Assembly (NCBI GenBank): GCA_002269645.1
Contig: NIVC01001601.1
Location: 310,578 to 374,577, forward strand
Origin: Macrostomum lignano
Lineage: Eukaryota
Length of the DNA: 64,000 nucleotides
Direction: 5' to 3'
Part shown: positions 11,501 to 25,300 of the stretch, piece after piece
How the letters are laid out: each line of letters opens with the position of its first letter
How positions within the stretch are numbered: position 1 is the first letter of the stretch
Made by a program: the position numbers and the translations under genes
The notes under the pieces: generated by a model
The model's database searches: none
Told to the model about the DNA's origin: nothing
The model's input: the letters and a program-made list of their open reading frames with translations, nothing else

Positions 11501-14500
11501 GGGAATAGAGAGGGAAGAGAGGGGGAAGAGAGGGGGAAGAGAGGGGGAAGAGAGGGGGAAGAGAGGGGAAGAGAGGGGGAAGAGAGGGGGAAGAGAGGGG
11601 GAAGAGAGGGGGAAGAGAGGGGGAAGAGAGGGGGAAGAGAGGGGGAAGAGAGGGGAAGAGAGGGGCAAGAGAGGGGCAAGAGAGGGGCAAGAGAGGGGCA
11701 AGAGAGGGGCAAGAGAGGGGGAAGAGAGGGTGAAGAGAGGGTGAAGAGAGGGTGAAGAGAGGGTGAAGAGAGGGGAAAAGAGAGGGGGAAGAGAGGGGGA
11801 AGAGAGGGGGAAGAGAGGGAAATAGAGAGGGGAAGAGAGGGGAAGAGAGGGGGAAGAGAGGGGGAAGAGGGGGGAAGAGAGGGTGAAGAGAGGGGGAAGA
11901 GAGGGGGAAGAGGGGGAAGAGAGGGGGAGAAGAGAGGGGGAAGAGAGGGGGAAGAGAGAGGGAAGAGAGGGGGAAGAGAGGGGAAGAGAGGGGAAGGGAG
12001 GGGGAAGAGGGGGGGAAGAGAGGGGGAAGAGAGATCATTTGCACTCATTGACGCATTTCATACTTTTTCCAGGATGCAAATTCAGTCAGGCTTGTGTTTT
12101 TAAATATCGCGGTTCGGTAAAATTTTCTAGGAAACGTCACTGACCTTGTCGTGCAGAGGTGCCGGATTCTCTCCGATAGACGACTCGATGTACAGGCGCT
12201 CCTCCTCCGTGATGGTGGGGTGCAGACAGGGCCTCTCGTAGGCGTTGAACCACCAAACGCAGAACCACAGAATTCCAAGGACTCCTTGAGGTTGAAAGAT
12301 GTTGCATTGGTTTAGATTAATTATATCCGGTTCCTTTAGATCTTTTCGGTTTCAAACTAATTATTCGGACTGGAATGCCAATTGAACATGAGATTGATGT
12401 CCCGATAGGTCACATTTTGGCTTCCGATCTGGTCATAAAAGTATTTAAATTTTCCGAATAGCAGTTTTCTGACTAATCATGGAGGTATTTCGGTTTCTGA
12501 CAGGTCACAGAGGTATTTAGATCGCCCAGGTCACGAGATATCTAGGGTTCCCCCCAAGGTCATGAGATATATTGGATTTCCCCCAAGGTCATGAGATATC
12601 TATATGTAGGGTTCCCCCCCCCAACGTCATAAGATATCTAAGGTTCCCCCCAAGGTCTTGAGATATCTAGGGTTCCCCTCAGGGTCATGAGATATCTAGG
12701 GTTCCCCCCAAGGTCATGAGATATCTTGGATTTCCCCTAAGGTCATGAGATATCTACATGTATAAGGTTCCCCCCAAGGTCATGAGATATCTTGGATTTC
12801 CCCCAAGGTCATGAGATATCTACATGTATAAGGTTTCCCCCAAGGTCATGAGATATTTAAATGTAGGGCTCCCCTGGTCACGAGATATCTAGGTTCCCCC
12901 CAAGGTCATGAGATATCTAGGGTTCCCCCCAAGGTCATGAGATATCTAGGGTTCCCCCCAAGGTCATGAGATATCTAGGGTTCCCCCCAAGGTCATGAGA
13001 TATCTAGGTTTTCCCCTGGTCAGAGAAGTCATTAAGCTTCCTTACAAGTCATGGAGTTGTTTTTACAGCTTTTTACCCCAGCCACCCCAACCGATCATCG
13101 CTTTGCTGATAGCCATTGCCGCGGTTACCATAGACATAGAATGGCGCCGGCCAGCCCAGCCAGTCGCTGAGCCATCCGGACAGGAACAGCCCCAGCACCG
13201 CGCCGGCGTAGGAGCCGCAGAAGGCCAGGGTGGCGAGGCGGGAGCGCTCGAGAGGCGGCGCCCAGTAGCGCCAAATGCCGTGGCAGGCGGGGTAGGTGCA
13301 GCCCTGCGGGCAAAGCGGGGCTTTTGCCAGTTAGATATGTGGTTTGGGGTGTTAGATATTTGCCAGTTAGATATGTGGTTTGGAGTGTTAGATATTTGCC
13401 TGTTGGATATGTGGTTTGGAGTGTTAGATGTTTATCTTTTAGATATATATGGTTTTGAGTGTTAGATATTTGCCTGTTAGATATGTGGTTTTGATTGTTA
13501 GATTTTTGCCTGTTAGATATGTGGTTTTGAGTTTTAGATATTTGCCAGTTAGATATGTGGTTTGGAGTGTTAGATATTTATATCTGTTAGATATACCTGT
13601 TCTATATTTGTTAGACACATAGGCGAAATTTTTAGACACGTGGCAGAACTGTTAGACATATGGGAGCTTTGACCTATGTGGAACTGTTACACATGAAGAA
13701 AGAAACTGTTATATATGGGAACTGGCAGTCACACAAGTGAAGCTGGCACACCTCAACCAGTCCCTGCAGCACTCGGATGAAGATGACCAAGATGAAGCTG
13801 ACATGGCATGCGGTCGGCAGGAACAGATTCAAAAAAGCCGACCCAAAAATGGCCAATCCAAAAATCCTTGTCGCCGGCAATTTGTTGGCGATGATGCCGC
13901 CCGGAATCTGGGTGACCAGGTAGCCCCAGAAGAAGGAGCTCTCCACCGCGCCCACCACTGATGGCGACCACTGCAGCTCGCGTTCCTGCGAATTTGTGGG
14001 GTGTCAGACTGGCGAGTCTATGACCATTTCTTGTCTATGACCATTTCTTGTCTATGACCATTTCTAAGGGTAGCTGTCTATGACCATTTCTTTTCTATGA
14101 CCATTTCTAAGGGTAGCTGTCTATGACCATTTCTAATGGTAGCTGTCTATGACCATTTCTAAGGGTTCTGTCTATGACCAAAACCATTTCTGATGGTAGC
14201 TGTATATGACCATTTTTAAGCGTAGCTGTCTATGACCATTTCTAAGGGTAGCTGTCTATGACCATTTCTAAGGGTTCTGTCTATGACCAAAACCATTTCT
14301 GATGGTAGCTGTATATGACCATTTCTAATGGTAGCTGTCTATGACCATTTTTAAGCGTAGCTGTCTATGACCATTTCTAATGGTAACTGTCTATGACCAT
14401 TTTTAAGCGTAGCTGTCTATGACCATTTCTAATGGTAACTGTCTATGATCATTTTTAAGCGTAGCTGTCTCATGACCCGTCTGGAAAGTACATATAAATA

Positions 14501-15168
14501 TCTCTGACCAGTTTGGAAGGTACATTTCTATGACCAGTTTGGAAGGTACATGCCTATGACCAGTTTATAAGGTAATGTACATGCCCAGTTTGGGAGATAC
14601 CTGTTTATGACCAGTTTTTAAGGTACATGTACATGATCAGTTTAGAAGGTACATGTCTATGTCTATGATCACTTTGGAAGGTACTGCACATGCCTATGAC
14701 CGTTTTAGAATGTACTGTAAATGACCGTTTGGAAGGCACTTGTACATGTCTTTGACCAGTTTGGTAAGTACCCATCTCATCCCAGCCGCCACCACAGACG
14801 CCAGGGGCACTCACCACCCTCCTGGTGATATTGACCAGTCTGTACTTCAGGTAGTGATCATGGTACGGAGTGATGGCCCCAGGCGAGGTCTCGTGCTCAG
14901 ACTCATTGTACATGCTTCGAAAATAGCCGGTGGCCACTCCGGTGTTGCAGCGAATCCCAAAGCTGATCATGAAGCCGATCGAGCACAACACCGAAGTCAG
15001 GTAGCGCTTTGAGCACCTGGCGCAGGGACAGCGGTTGCAGCAGGCGGCGCCCAATCCGGAGGTGTAGAAGGTCCCCGGCGCCCGCTTGCTGCCTTCAGGG
15101 TTCTCCGACTCGTCCAGCTCGTTGTAGTTGTTGCTGTAGTCGCTGGAGTCGTCTGCGTTGCCCTTCAT
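4395..15168 (-). CDS. VGLUT: Vesicular glutamate transporter (SLC17A6/7/8 family), paralogue A, ~600 aa, 9 coding exons
   Basis: Exons (minus strand): 14815-15168, 13752-13985, 13129-13303, 12145-12284, 10389-10538, 10186-10315, 8218-8328, 5722-5849, 4395-4775. All are GT-AG and phase-consistent. Motifs [92 protein letters not shown] and [12 protein letters not shown] match VGLUT signatures. Confidence 0.93.
4838..5608. repeat. ~23-bp minisatellite (AAAGGTTGTCTGAAGGGTATCTC), VGLUT-A intron
   Basis: Tandem units visible. Confidence 0.93.
5890..7935. repeat. 20-bp minisatellite (TCTGTTCTATTCTACTCTA[C/G]), VGLUT-A intron
   Basis: About 100 tandem units with internal higher-order duplications. 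Confidence 0.95.
8478..8900. repeat. (AG)n plus degenerate purine-rich repeat
   Basis: Visible directly. Confidence 0.9.
9735..10065. repeat. 31-bp minisatellite (GACTTCCAGACTGGTCATAGACAGGTGTTTT)
   Basis: Period 31 measured at 9843/9874. Confidence 0.88.
10640..12032. repeat. Polypurine 11-12-bp repeat (GGGGGAAGAGA)
   Basis: The + strand is almost exclusively A/G for 1.4 kb. Confidence 0.95.
12525..13020. repeat. ~29-bp minisatellite (CCCCCCAAGGTCATGAGATATCTAGGGTT)
   Basis: Tandem units visible. Confidence 0.9.
13322..13620. repeat. 36-bp minisatellite (CAGTTAGATATGTGGTTTGGAGTGTTAGATATTTGC)
   Basis: Tandem units visible; 12-aa periodicity in ORF 12995-13465. Confidence 0.88.
14015..14765. 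repeat. 26-bp minisatellite (GGGTAGCTGTCTATGACCATTTCTAA) grading into a degenerate ATGACCAGTTT repeat
   Basis: Period 26 measured at 14101/14127. Confidence 0.88.
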
Positions 15169-15227
15169 GAGCTTGCTGTGTGGGATTTAGGGATATTAGT
15201 GTTAGTGAGTCTTCCCAGTTCATCTGA

Positions 15228-15895
15228 GACTCACTGTCTCACTCTACCATCTCAGAATGACTCCCTGTCTCGCTCTACCATCTCAGAATGACTCCCTGTC
15301 TCGCTCTACCATCTCAGAATGACTCCCTGTCTCACTCTACCATCCCAGAGTGACTCCCTGTCTCGCTCTACCATCTCAAAGTGACTCCCTGTCTCACTCT
15401 ACTATCTCAGAGTGACTCCCTGTCTCGCTCTACCATCTCAAAGTGACTCCCTGTCTCACTCTACTATCTCAGAGTGACTCCCTGTATCGCTCTATCATCT
15501 CAAAGTGACTCCCTGTCTCACTCTACTATCTCAGAGTGACTCCCTGTCTCACTCTACCATCTCAGAGTGACTCCCTGTCTCACTCTACCAATCCCAGAGT
15601 GACTCCCTGTCTCGCTCTACCATCTCAGAGTGACTCCCTGTCTCACTCTACTATCTCAGAGTGACTCCCTGTCTCACTCTACCATCTCAGAGTGACTCCC
15701 TGTCTCACTCTACCAATCCCAGAGTGACTCCCTGTCTCGCTCTACCATCTCAGAGTGACTCCCTGTCTCGCTCTACTATCTCAGAGTGACTCCCTGTCTC
15801 ACTCTACCATCTCAGAGTGACTCCCTGTCTCACTCTACCAATCCCAGAGTGACTCCCTGTCTCGCTCTACCATCTCAGAGTGACTCCCTGTTTCA
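15228..15895. repeat. 31-bp minisatellite (TCAGAGTGACTCCCTGTCTCACTCTACCATC)
   Basis: Tandem units visible. Confidence 0.93.
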
Positions 15896-16789
15896 CCCAC
15901 GGATGTATTACGTCAATGTCGCCACACACACATAAAATGGATCACATAACAGTATTTAATGGATTCCCATACAGCAGCGCATGGGTAGTGATGATGAGCG
16001 CGCACTTCCCAATCCTATAATCGCGTCACTACAGCAGCTGCAGCACCTGCAGGTCACGCAAATTCGCACAGAATCTTGAACACAGCTGCCAGGAGCCCGT
16101 GGGTGGAGTCAGGGACTCCCTCACTCTCATGATTGCGTCGATTTGAAGGGAATAAATAATTAGGATTAATAATTCAGTAAATTCAGCTTGACTTTGCGGC
16201 ATCTCAAAATGAAAATTGTGAGTCCTTGATTGAGGAGCTGAGATGGCCGCCGGATGGATTAATTAATTATTTAGCATTGATGAGACCACCTTGAGTCTAC
16301 CATCATCGCCTCATCGCCGACCAGACTCTCAAGCATACAGTTTAAAGGCCAGGAAATTTTAAATAATTGCTCTGCGAATTCAATAATAATCATTGATAGC
16401 ATAGTTTCTATAAAAGAAAAAATACAATAAAAAACCGGCCAGCCGGTTTAAAATCGATTGCCCAATGATTCAGAGGCTTCCGTGTCCTGGCTTATTTTTG
16501 GAATTGCCGTGCGTGGCAGGGGGGATTAATGAATTCTTTATTAGCAATAGGCAGGGCGGAGGCAGAGGCCAAAATACTGCCTGAGCTTTGAGCTCTCTGC
16601 TCACTGAACTGGCGTCATCTTCCATTTATTGAGACAAGTCAGCCTGCAAATCCCTGCGCCACTGCTCTGCCCCGGGCGTGTTTTCCCCCCTCCCCGCGAT
16701 GCAGAACAATGGCTGCTGGCATTTCGCATTGGGAGCACTAATTGAAATCCATGGCATTTTGACCTGGTGTCTGGTCTGAAATAAAGCTT

Positions 16790-17645
16790 GAGATTAGAGA
16801 CAGGGTGAGATTCGAGGCAGGGTGAGATTCGAGGCAGGGTGAGATTCGAGGCAGGGTGAGATTCGAGACACGGTAAGATTAGAGAGAGGTAAGATTAGAG
16901 ACAGGTGAGATTAGAGACAGGGTGAGATTAGAAGCAGGGTGAGATTAGAGAGAGGTATAGATTAGAGACAGGGTGAGATTAGAGACAGGTTGAGATTAGA
17001 AGCAGGTTAAGATTAGAAGCAGGGTGAGATTAGAGAGAGGTATAGATTAGAAACAAAGTGAGATTAGAGACAGTTTGAGATTAAAAACAGGGTGAGATTA
17101 GAGAGACGTTGAGATTAGAAACAAGGTGAGATTAGAGACAGGTTAAGATTAGAGACAGGATGAGGTTAGAGAGAGGTTGAAATAATTAGAGACAGGTTAA
17201 GATTAAAAACAGAGTGAGATTATAGAGAGGTTGGGATTAGAAACAGGGTGAGATTAGAGACAGGGTGAGACTAGACGCCGGTGAGATTAGAAATAGGTGA
17301 GATTAGAGAAAGGCAAGATTAGAGACAGGTGAGACTAAAGACAGGTGAGATTAGAGACAGGCTGAGATTAGAGGCGGGTTGAGATTATAGACAGGTTGAG
17401 GTTAGAGGCGGGTTGAGATTAGAGACAGGTAAGATTAGTGACAGGGTGAGATTAGAGACAGGTTGAGGTTAGAGGCAGGTGAGAATAGAGACAGTTAAGA
17501 TTAGAGACAGGCTGAGATTAGAGGCGGGTTGAAATTCGAGGCAGGGTGAGATTCAAGACACGGTGAGATCAAGAGAGGTGAGATTGGAGACAGAGTGAGA
17601 TCAGAAACAGAGTAAGATTAAAGAGAGGTAGGATTAGAGACAGGG
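16790..17645. repeat. 17-bp minisatellite (GAGATTAGAGACAGGGT)
   Basis: Degenerate tandem units visible. Confidence 0.9.
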
Positions 17646-18125
17646 CGAGGCATATAGGGCCAAGAAAACAGTCAGAAGAAGGGGAATAGTGGGTGAGAGA
17701 TGAGAGGCAGCATTATAAATTCAGATACGACATTCAGCCAGCATGCTTGGAGTATTTTAAGCTGAGATTTGACCCACTTCTTATTCAAAAACATCAATCC
17801 GAGAGTTGAATGAATGAACAAGAAAAAAATTCAAGCGCCGATTCTTTTATAGGCTTGGCGCTGCCTCAGCCGGGCTGCTTGCGTTCTGTTTGTGGCTTTA
17901 ATTGCGACTGGGCCGAAGCCGCTGCCGCCGGGGGCCGCGGGACGGGCGGGCAGCGCAGGGACGGCTCGGATCCGCTCTCAGGGGCTGTAAATCACCGCTG
18001 CCCGCACCCGGGCTCGCTGGACACCCCTCACAGGCTCCTCCGCCTACGTCTTCCTTTCAAGGCGGTCCCGTGAGCATAAAAATTGTGTACTCATTGTGAC
18101 ACTGCTTTTAATCGATTGGTTAAGC

Positions 18126-18962
<837 letters not shown>

Positions 18963-19435
18963 AATGCAATGTCTGTTCAGCGGACGCCCCTCACCTCCGA
19001 AGCGCAGCGAATGAGTTCTTGGCTTGATCTCGCCAACCGGGTTCGAGCACCTGGTCTTTGAGATTCTCCATTCTCGATGCGATATTCGATGGCTTTGGGT
19101 GCTCAGCTGCAGTTGTCGGTTCTCTGCAGATCCAACAGACAGGCGCACAGAGTGGAACAATGCTCTCGGAACCAACAATGAGGCACCGGGCCAGCGGAGC
19201 GCCCAGATGAATCTGCGACTGACTCTGCACGGTCCAATGGGCAAGCCGTGGCGTGCAGAAAAAATGCAATAGTTATTTTCCCCGATTCCGGATGCTGGAA
19301 GCTTCATCAGAGAGGCAGACTCAGCCAATCCAGTGCAGATTTGGTACAGTTATTGGACCGTGAATTTTGTTGGCTAAATGAAATTATTTTGGCCTGAGTG
19401 CCACATCGTTTGGCTGACGTTTCAATGCCTGGCAT

Positions 19436-22142
19436 AGTGTCTGTGCTAGTGTCTGCTGGTGTCTGTGCTAGTGTCTGTGCTAGTGTCTGTGCTAGTGCCT
19501 GTGCTAGTGTCTGCTGGTGTCTGTGCTAGTGTCTGTGCTAGTGTCTGTGCTAGTGCCTGTGCTAGTGTCTGTGCTAGTGTCTGTGCTAGTGTCTGTGCTA
19601 GTGTCTGTGCTAGTGTCTGTGCTAGTGTCTGTGCTAGTGCCTGTGCTAGTGTCTGTGCTAGTGTCTGTGCTAGTGTCTGCTGGTGTCTGTGCTAGTGTCT
19701 GCTGGTGTCTGTGCTAGTGTCTGTGCTAGTGTCTACTGGTGTCTGTGCTAGTGTCTGTGCTAGTGTCTGTGCTAGTGCCTGTGCTAGTGTCTGTGCTAGT
19801 GTCTGTGCTAGTGTCTGTGCTAGTGTCCGTGCTAGTGCCTGTGCTAGTGTCTGTGCTAGTGTCTGTGCTAGTGCCTGTGCTAGTGTCTGTGCTAGTGTCT
19901 GTGCTAGTGTCTGTGCTAGTGTCTGTGCTAGTGTCTGTGCTAGTGTCTGTGCTAGTGTCTGTGCTAGTGTCTGCTGGTGTCTGTGCTAGTGTCTGTGCTA
20001 GTGTCTACTGGTGTCTGTGCTAGTGTCTGTGCTAGTGTCTGTGCTAGTGCCTGTGCTAGTGTCTGCTGGTGTCTGTGCTAGTGCCTGTGCTAGTGTCTGT
20101 GCTAGTGTCTGTGCTAGTGTCTGTGCTAGTGTCTGTGCTAGTGTCTGTGCTAGTGTCTGTGCTAGTGCCTGTGCTAGTGTCTGTGCTAGTGTCTGTGCTA
20201 GTGTCTGCTGGTGTCTGTGCTAGTGTCTGCTGGTGTCTGTGCTAGTGTCTGTGCTAGTGTCTACTGGTGTCTGTGCTAGTGTCTGTGCTAGTGTCTACTG
20301 GTGTCTGTGCTAGTGTCTGTGCTAGTGTCTGTGCTAGTGCCTGTGCTAGTGTCTGTGCTAGTGTCTGTGCTAGTGTCTGTGCTAGTGTCCGTGCTAGTGC
20401 CTGTGCTAGTGTCTGTGCTAGTGTCTGTGCTAGTGTCTGTGCTAGTGTCTGTGCTAGTTTCTGTGCTAGTGTCTGTGCTAGTGTCTGTGCTAGTGTCTGT
20501 GCTAGTGTCTGCTGGTGTCTGTGCTAGTGTCTGCTGGTGTCTGTGCTAGTGTCTGTGCTAGTGTCTACTGGTGTCTGTGCTAGTGCCTGTGCTAGTGTCT
20601 GTGCTAGTGTCTGTGCTAGTGTCTGCTGGTGTCTGTGCTAGTGTCTGTGCTAGTGTCTGCTGGTGTCTGTGCTAGTGCCTGTGCTAGTGTCTGCTGGTGT
20701 CTGTGCTAGTGTCTGTGCTAGTGTCTGTGCTAGTGTCTGTGCTAGTGTCTTCTGGTGTCTGTGCTAGTGTCTGCTGGTGTCTGTGCTAGTGTCTGTGCTA
20801 GTGTCTGTGCTGGTGTCTGTGCTAGTGTCTGTGCTAGTGCCTGTGCTAGTGTCTGTGCTAGTGTCTGTGCTAGTGTCTGTGCTAGTGTCTGTGCTAGTGC
20901 CTGTGCTAGTGTCTGTGCTAGTGTCTGTGTTAGTGTCTGCTGGTGTCTGTGCTAGTGTCTGTGCTAGTGTCTGTGCTAGTGTCTGTGCTAGTGTCTGTGC
21001 TAGTGTCTACTGGTGTCTGTGCTAGTGTCTGTGCTAGTGTCTTCTGGTGTCTGTGCTAGTGTCTGCTGGTGTCTGTGCTAGTGTCTGTGCTAGTGTCTGT
21101 GCTAGTGTCTGTGCTAGTGCCTGTGCTAGTGTCTGTGCTAGTGTCTGTGCTAGTGTCTGTGCTAGTGTCTGTGCTAGTGTCTGTGCTAGTGTCTGTGCTA
21201 GTGCCTGTGCTAGTGTCTGTGCTAGTGTCTGTGTTAGTGTCTGCTGGTGTCTGTGCTAGTGTCTGTGCTAGTGTCTGCTGGTGTCTGTGATAGTGTCTGT
21301 GCTAGTGCCTGTGCTAGTGTCTGTGCTAGTGTCTGTGATAGTGTCTGTGCTAGTGTCTGTGCTAGTGTCTGTGCTAGTGTCTGTGCTAGTGTCTGTGCTA
21401 GTATCTGTGCTAGTGTCTGTGCTAGTGTCTGTGCTAGTGTCTGCTGGTGTCTGTGCTAGTGCCTGTGCTAGTGTCTGCTGGTGTCTGTGCTAGTGTCTGT
21501 GCTAGTGTCTTCTGGTGTCTGTGCTAGTGTCTGCTGGTGTCTGTGCTAGTGTCTTCTGGTGTCTGTGCTAGTGTCTGCTGGTGTCTGTGCTAGTGTCTGT
21601 GCTAGTGTCTACTGGTGTCTGTGCTAGTGTCTGTGCTAGTGTCTGCTGGTGTCTGTGCTAGTGTCTGCTGGTGTCTGTGCTAGTGTCTGTGCTAGTGTCT
21701 GTGCTAGTGTCTGTGCTAGTGCCTGTGCTAGTTTCTGTGCTAGTTTCTGTGCTAGTTTCTGTGCTAGTGTCTGTGCTAGTGTCTGTGCTAGTGTCTGTGC
21801 TAGTGTCTGTGCTAGTGTCTGTGCTAGTGTCTTCTGGTGTCTGTGCTAGTGTCTGCTGGTGTCTGTGCTAGTGTCTGTGCTAGTGTCTACTGGTGTCTGT
21901 GCTAGTGTCTGTGCTAGTGTCTACTGGTGTCTGTGCTAGTGTCTGTGCTAGTGTCTGCTGGTGTCTGTGCTAGTGTCTGCTGGTGTCTGTGCTAGTGTCT
22001 GTGCTAGTGTCTGTGCTAGTGTCTGTGCTAGTGTCTGTGCTAGTGTCTGTGCTAGTGCCTGTGCTAGTTTCTGTGCTAGTGTCTGTGCTAGTGTCTGTGC
22101 TAGTATCTGTGCTAGTGTCTGTGCTAGTGTCTGTGCTAGTGT
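19436..22142. repeat. 12-bp minisatellite (GTGTCTGTGCTA) with interspersed 10-bp variants, 2.7 kb, between the VGLUT paralogues
   Basis: Visible directly; source of the SVLV/CASV false ORFs. Confidence 0.96.
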
Positions 22143-22306
22143 TATTAGCGCGCTTGAATGTGTTCAATAGTCAGCGAAACCGGCAAAATCGCATCAGTGC
22201 ATCAGTCTTGAAAAAAGTTGAAAGTGATATTCAGATTATCGAATTTATGCTGTATATTTTACTGTAGCGGCTGTGTCAGCACAGCGCTGCATTGTTGGAC
22301 ACTGCA

Positions 22307-25300
22307 TCAGCTTTGCTGCACAAAATTTGCCCTGGTGGGGAATAGTGGCGACTTGCTGAAGTCCGCTGGAGTGGCATCAGCAACGTTACGAGACGTGTCA
22401 TCTTCTAGCGCTTCGAAAACTTCCTCGTTGTCGTATCCGACATCCTTGAACGCGGTGGCGGTGGGTGTCGGCGGCTTCCAGGGCTCCTCGTCTGCCGGCG
22501 CCTCGGCCCAGGACTGCTTCTCACCTGAGGCGAACATGGCGTAGAAAATCACCCCGACAAAGTTGATGATCGACGTGATGAGGAACACGTTTGACCAGGA
22601 GGCTCGAGACTGGGGGTTTGGATGGTGTTCACGATCACCAAAGCTTCACAATCACCAATTAACTTCACAATCACCAAAGCTTCACTATCACCAAGCTTTA
22701 CAATTTCCCCAAGCTTAAAAATAGTCAGAGCTTCACAATCACCAATTAACTTCAAAACGCCAAAGTGTCACAATCACCAAAGCTTCACAATCACAAAGCT
22801 TCACAATCACAAAGCTTCACAATACCCAAAGCTTCACCTTCACCAATTAACTTCACAATCGCAAGGCTTCACAATCACCAATTTGTTTCACAAACACCAA
22901 AGCTTCACAATCTCCAAGCTTCACAATCACAAAGCTTCACAAACACCAACGCTCCACAATCACCAAAGCTTCACAATCACCAAAGCTTCACAATCACCAA
23001 CGCTTCACAATCACCAAAGCTTCACAATCACCAAAGCTTCACAATCACCAACGCTTCACAATCCTCAAGTTCACCATAGAATGTGTAAAGAGGATAGAAG
23101 CAAAAAGGATGTATAAAAGTTGTTAAAAGTGGAAAGCAAAACCAAAATTTTTGTTACACCGTACGCTTACCCTGTCCTTAACCAATTGCATGGTAACAAT
23201 TGGCACTAGAATAGAGCCCACAGTGCCAATGCCATTTGACAAACCCATTAGACAGCTAGCATAGCGAGGCGCAATGTCCAGGTGGTTCGCATTGTAGCCT
23301 GGTGGTTAAGAAAATGTTCAAATTATCCTACTGAAAGTAGCACACAGCTCGTGTCGAAAGAACAGCGAGAATCCTACCGGCCATGCAGCAGCCGCTGAAT
23401 CCAACCCCGATGATCATGCAGACGGTGGCCGTGGTGGCATCGCTGGTGTGCCCGACGCCCAGTAGGAAAAGACCTCGAACACCGAAGCCTGCGATTACAT
23501 ACCTCAATGCATTGAATAACTATATTTGGCAACGGGAAGGTCTACTTGACATTTGACAGCTCACCCAAGGTGTTGAAGATTTTCCTGACAGCTGTGGTTG
23601 AAAGCCATCGCTTTCTGAGCTCGTCAGCGATCACGCCGCTGACTGGCACCACTACAGACATGACAAGGTGGGGCAGAGAGGCAAAGAAGCCACTCTGAAA
23701 AATATTTGTGGGACTTTTACTCATATAATTGGTCCTAATGCTATCCTAGTGCCGAATTAATACTTAGCGGCGTGGTTAAAGCATTAATCGCCTTGGACGT
23801 TGGCTCTAACTTGAAATTATCTAAATTGCCTGATTCCATATTTAACCTTATTTCTACCTTGGACATGCCGTAGCCGAAAACGTCGTCGAAATATTTAGTT
23901 GGCTCCGTGATCATGAGATAGAATGTCCAGTTTCGAACGAAATTGGCCACTATGATGGCGTAGACAGGCATTGAGGTGAATATTTTCAGCCATAGAGCTG
24001 GGCTAATCTGAAAATTTGTCGCAGATAAACTGATCGTCTTCTTGGCTGGTTACGATAGCAATATCCAAGCGTTTGAATTGGTAGGCTTCTAATATTCATA
24101 AAGTATTCGGAGATTGCACTCGATCAATGACACTCATTCACTTAGGTGAGTCAGCTTGCCTCAAGAGTTCAACATGACCCCAATGAAGGACCCTGGCTAC
24201 GCCCACCCCTGATGCTAAAACGTCACCACTCGGATCAACCAGTGGGTGGCTTCAAAGCACAGGGAGAGGTGCATGGCTAACGGCCCCGACTGCCGGCAAT
24301 CCCGCGCGGCTGTCCCCTGTCCTTCCTCCGCCCTCCGCAGGGCCCTGCTTGAACTCAACCGCAGGGAAATCAGGGCAGTGAGCATGGCTCTCTCGGAACA
24401 TGGCTGTTTTGTCAGGCATCGCCACTTCCAGGGAAATCTGTAGTACCGTTTTGCCTCTCTGGTGTTGAGAATGTGGGGCACTTCATCCGTAAAAGCCCCG
24501 CCTTTACTCAGGACAGGCTCACCTACGTCGTCCCAAACCCGGACCTTCCCCGACGTTTTCAGGCGCGAAAATTTCTGTTAGCTCATCCGCTACCTGAGGA
24601 CTACCGGGCGAGCGACCAGCCACCTTCTGGACTCTCCAGAAGGGAACCGCGCTGCGGGCACCGACACCACCGGAGGATGCCCGGAACCCCCTGCAGCTAA
24701 ATCAAGTAAGTCAAGATTCCAAGACACTATTGGCAAGTCTATTGCATGCTTCTGGTTCATTCACACGTCACTGAATCGCGACAGACATTGCTTGTAAGGC
24801 ATTGGGAGTTGCGAAGTACATTTACACTCATTTTTGTAAACAGATACAAAACACTGACTACGTGTTTAGAGCTGAAACTCTCGCCAATTTCTATCTCGAT
24901 GTACTCCCGCTCCTCATCCGTGATGCATCGATCGCTAGACGGCTTCTCGGATACGCAGGCTGTGAAAACGCAGAACCAAGCGACTCCGAGGGCGCCTAAG
25001 TCAATCGGTGGGAAGTATCGTTACATACAGATGTAGTTAGCTTGTCATGCCCATTTCACCAACGACCCCTGAGCGCGCACACGGCTACACACGGCGACAC
25101 ACTCACATAAAGACATGTCAGCGGCTCTGGCTTTCTCTTCATCAGACTGGCCCTCGTGGGGTGGGTATAAAGCGCAAGACAAGCTCTTTGTCCGGTGTCA
25201 ATTTTCGGTGTCAAAGTCGCTGCAGCCTCACTCACCGTATAGATAGAACATCACGGGCCAGCCGAAGCGCTCGCTAAGCCAGCCAGACGACAACAAGCCC

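Noticed and set aside
10435-12048. 370-540 aa Pro/Leu/Ser ORFs
   Set aside because: Polypyrimidine repeat translation. Only 10389-10538, in another frame, is a real VGLUT exon.
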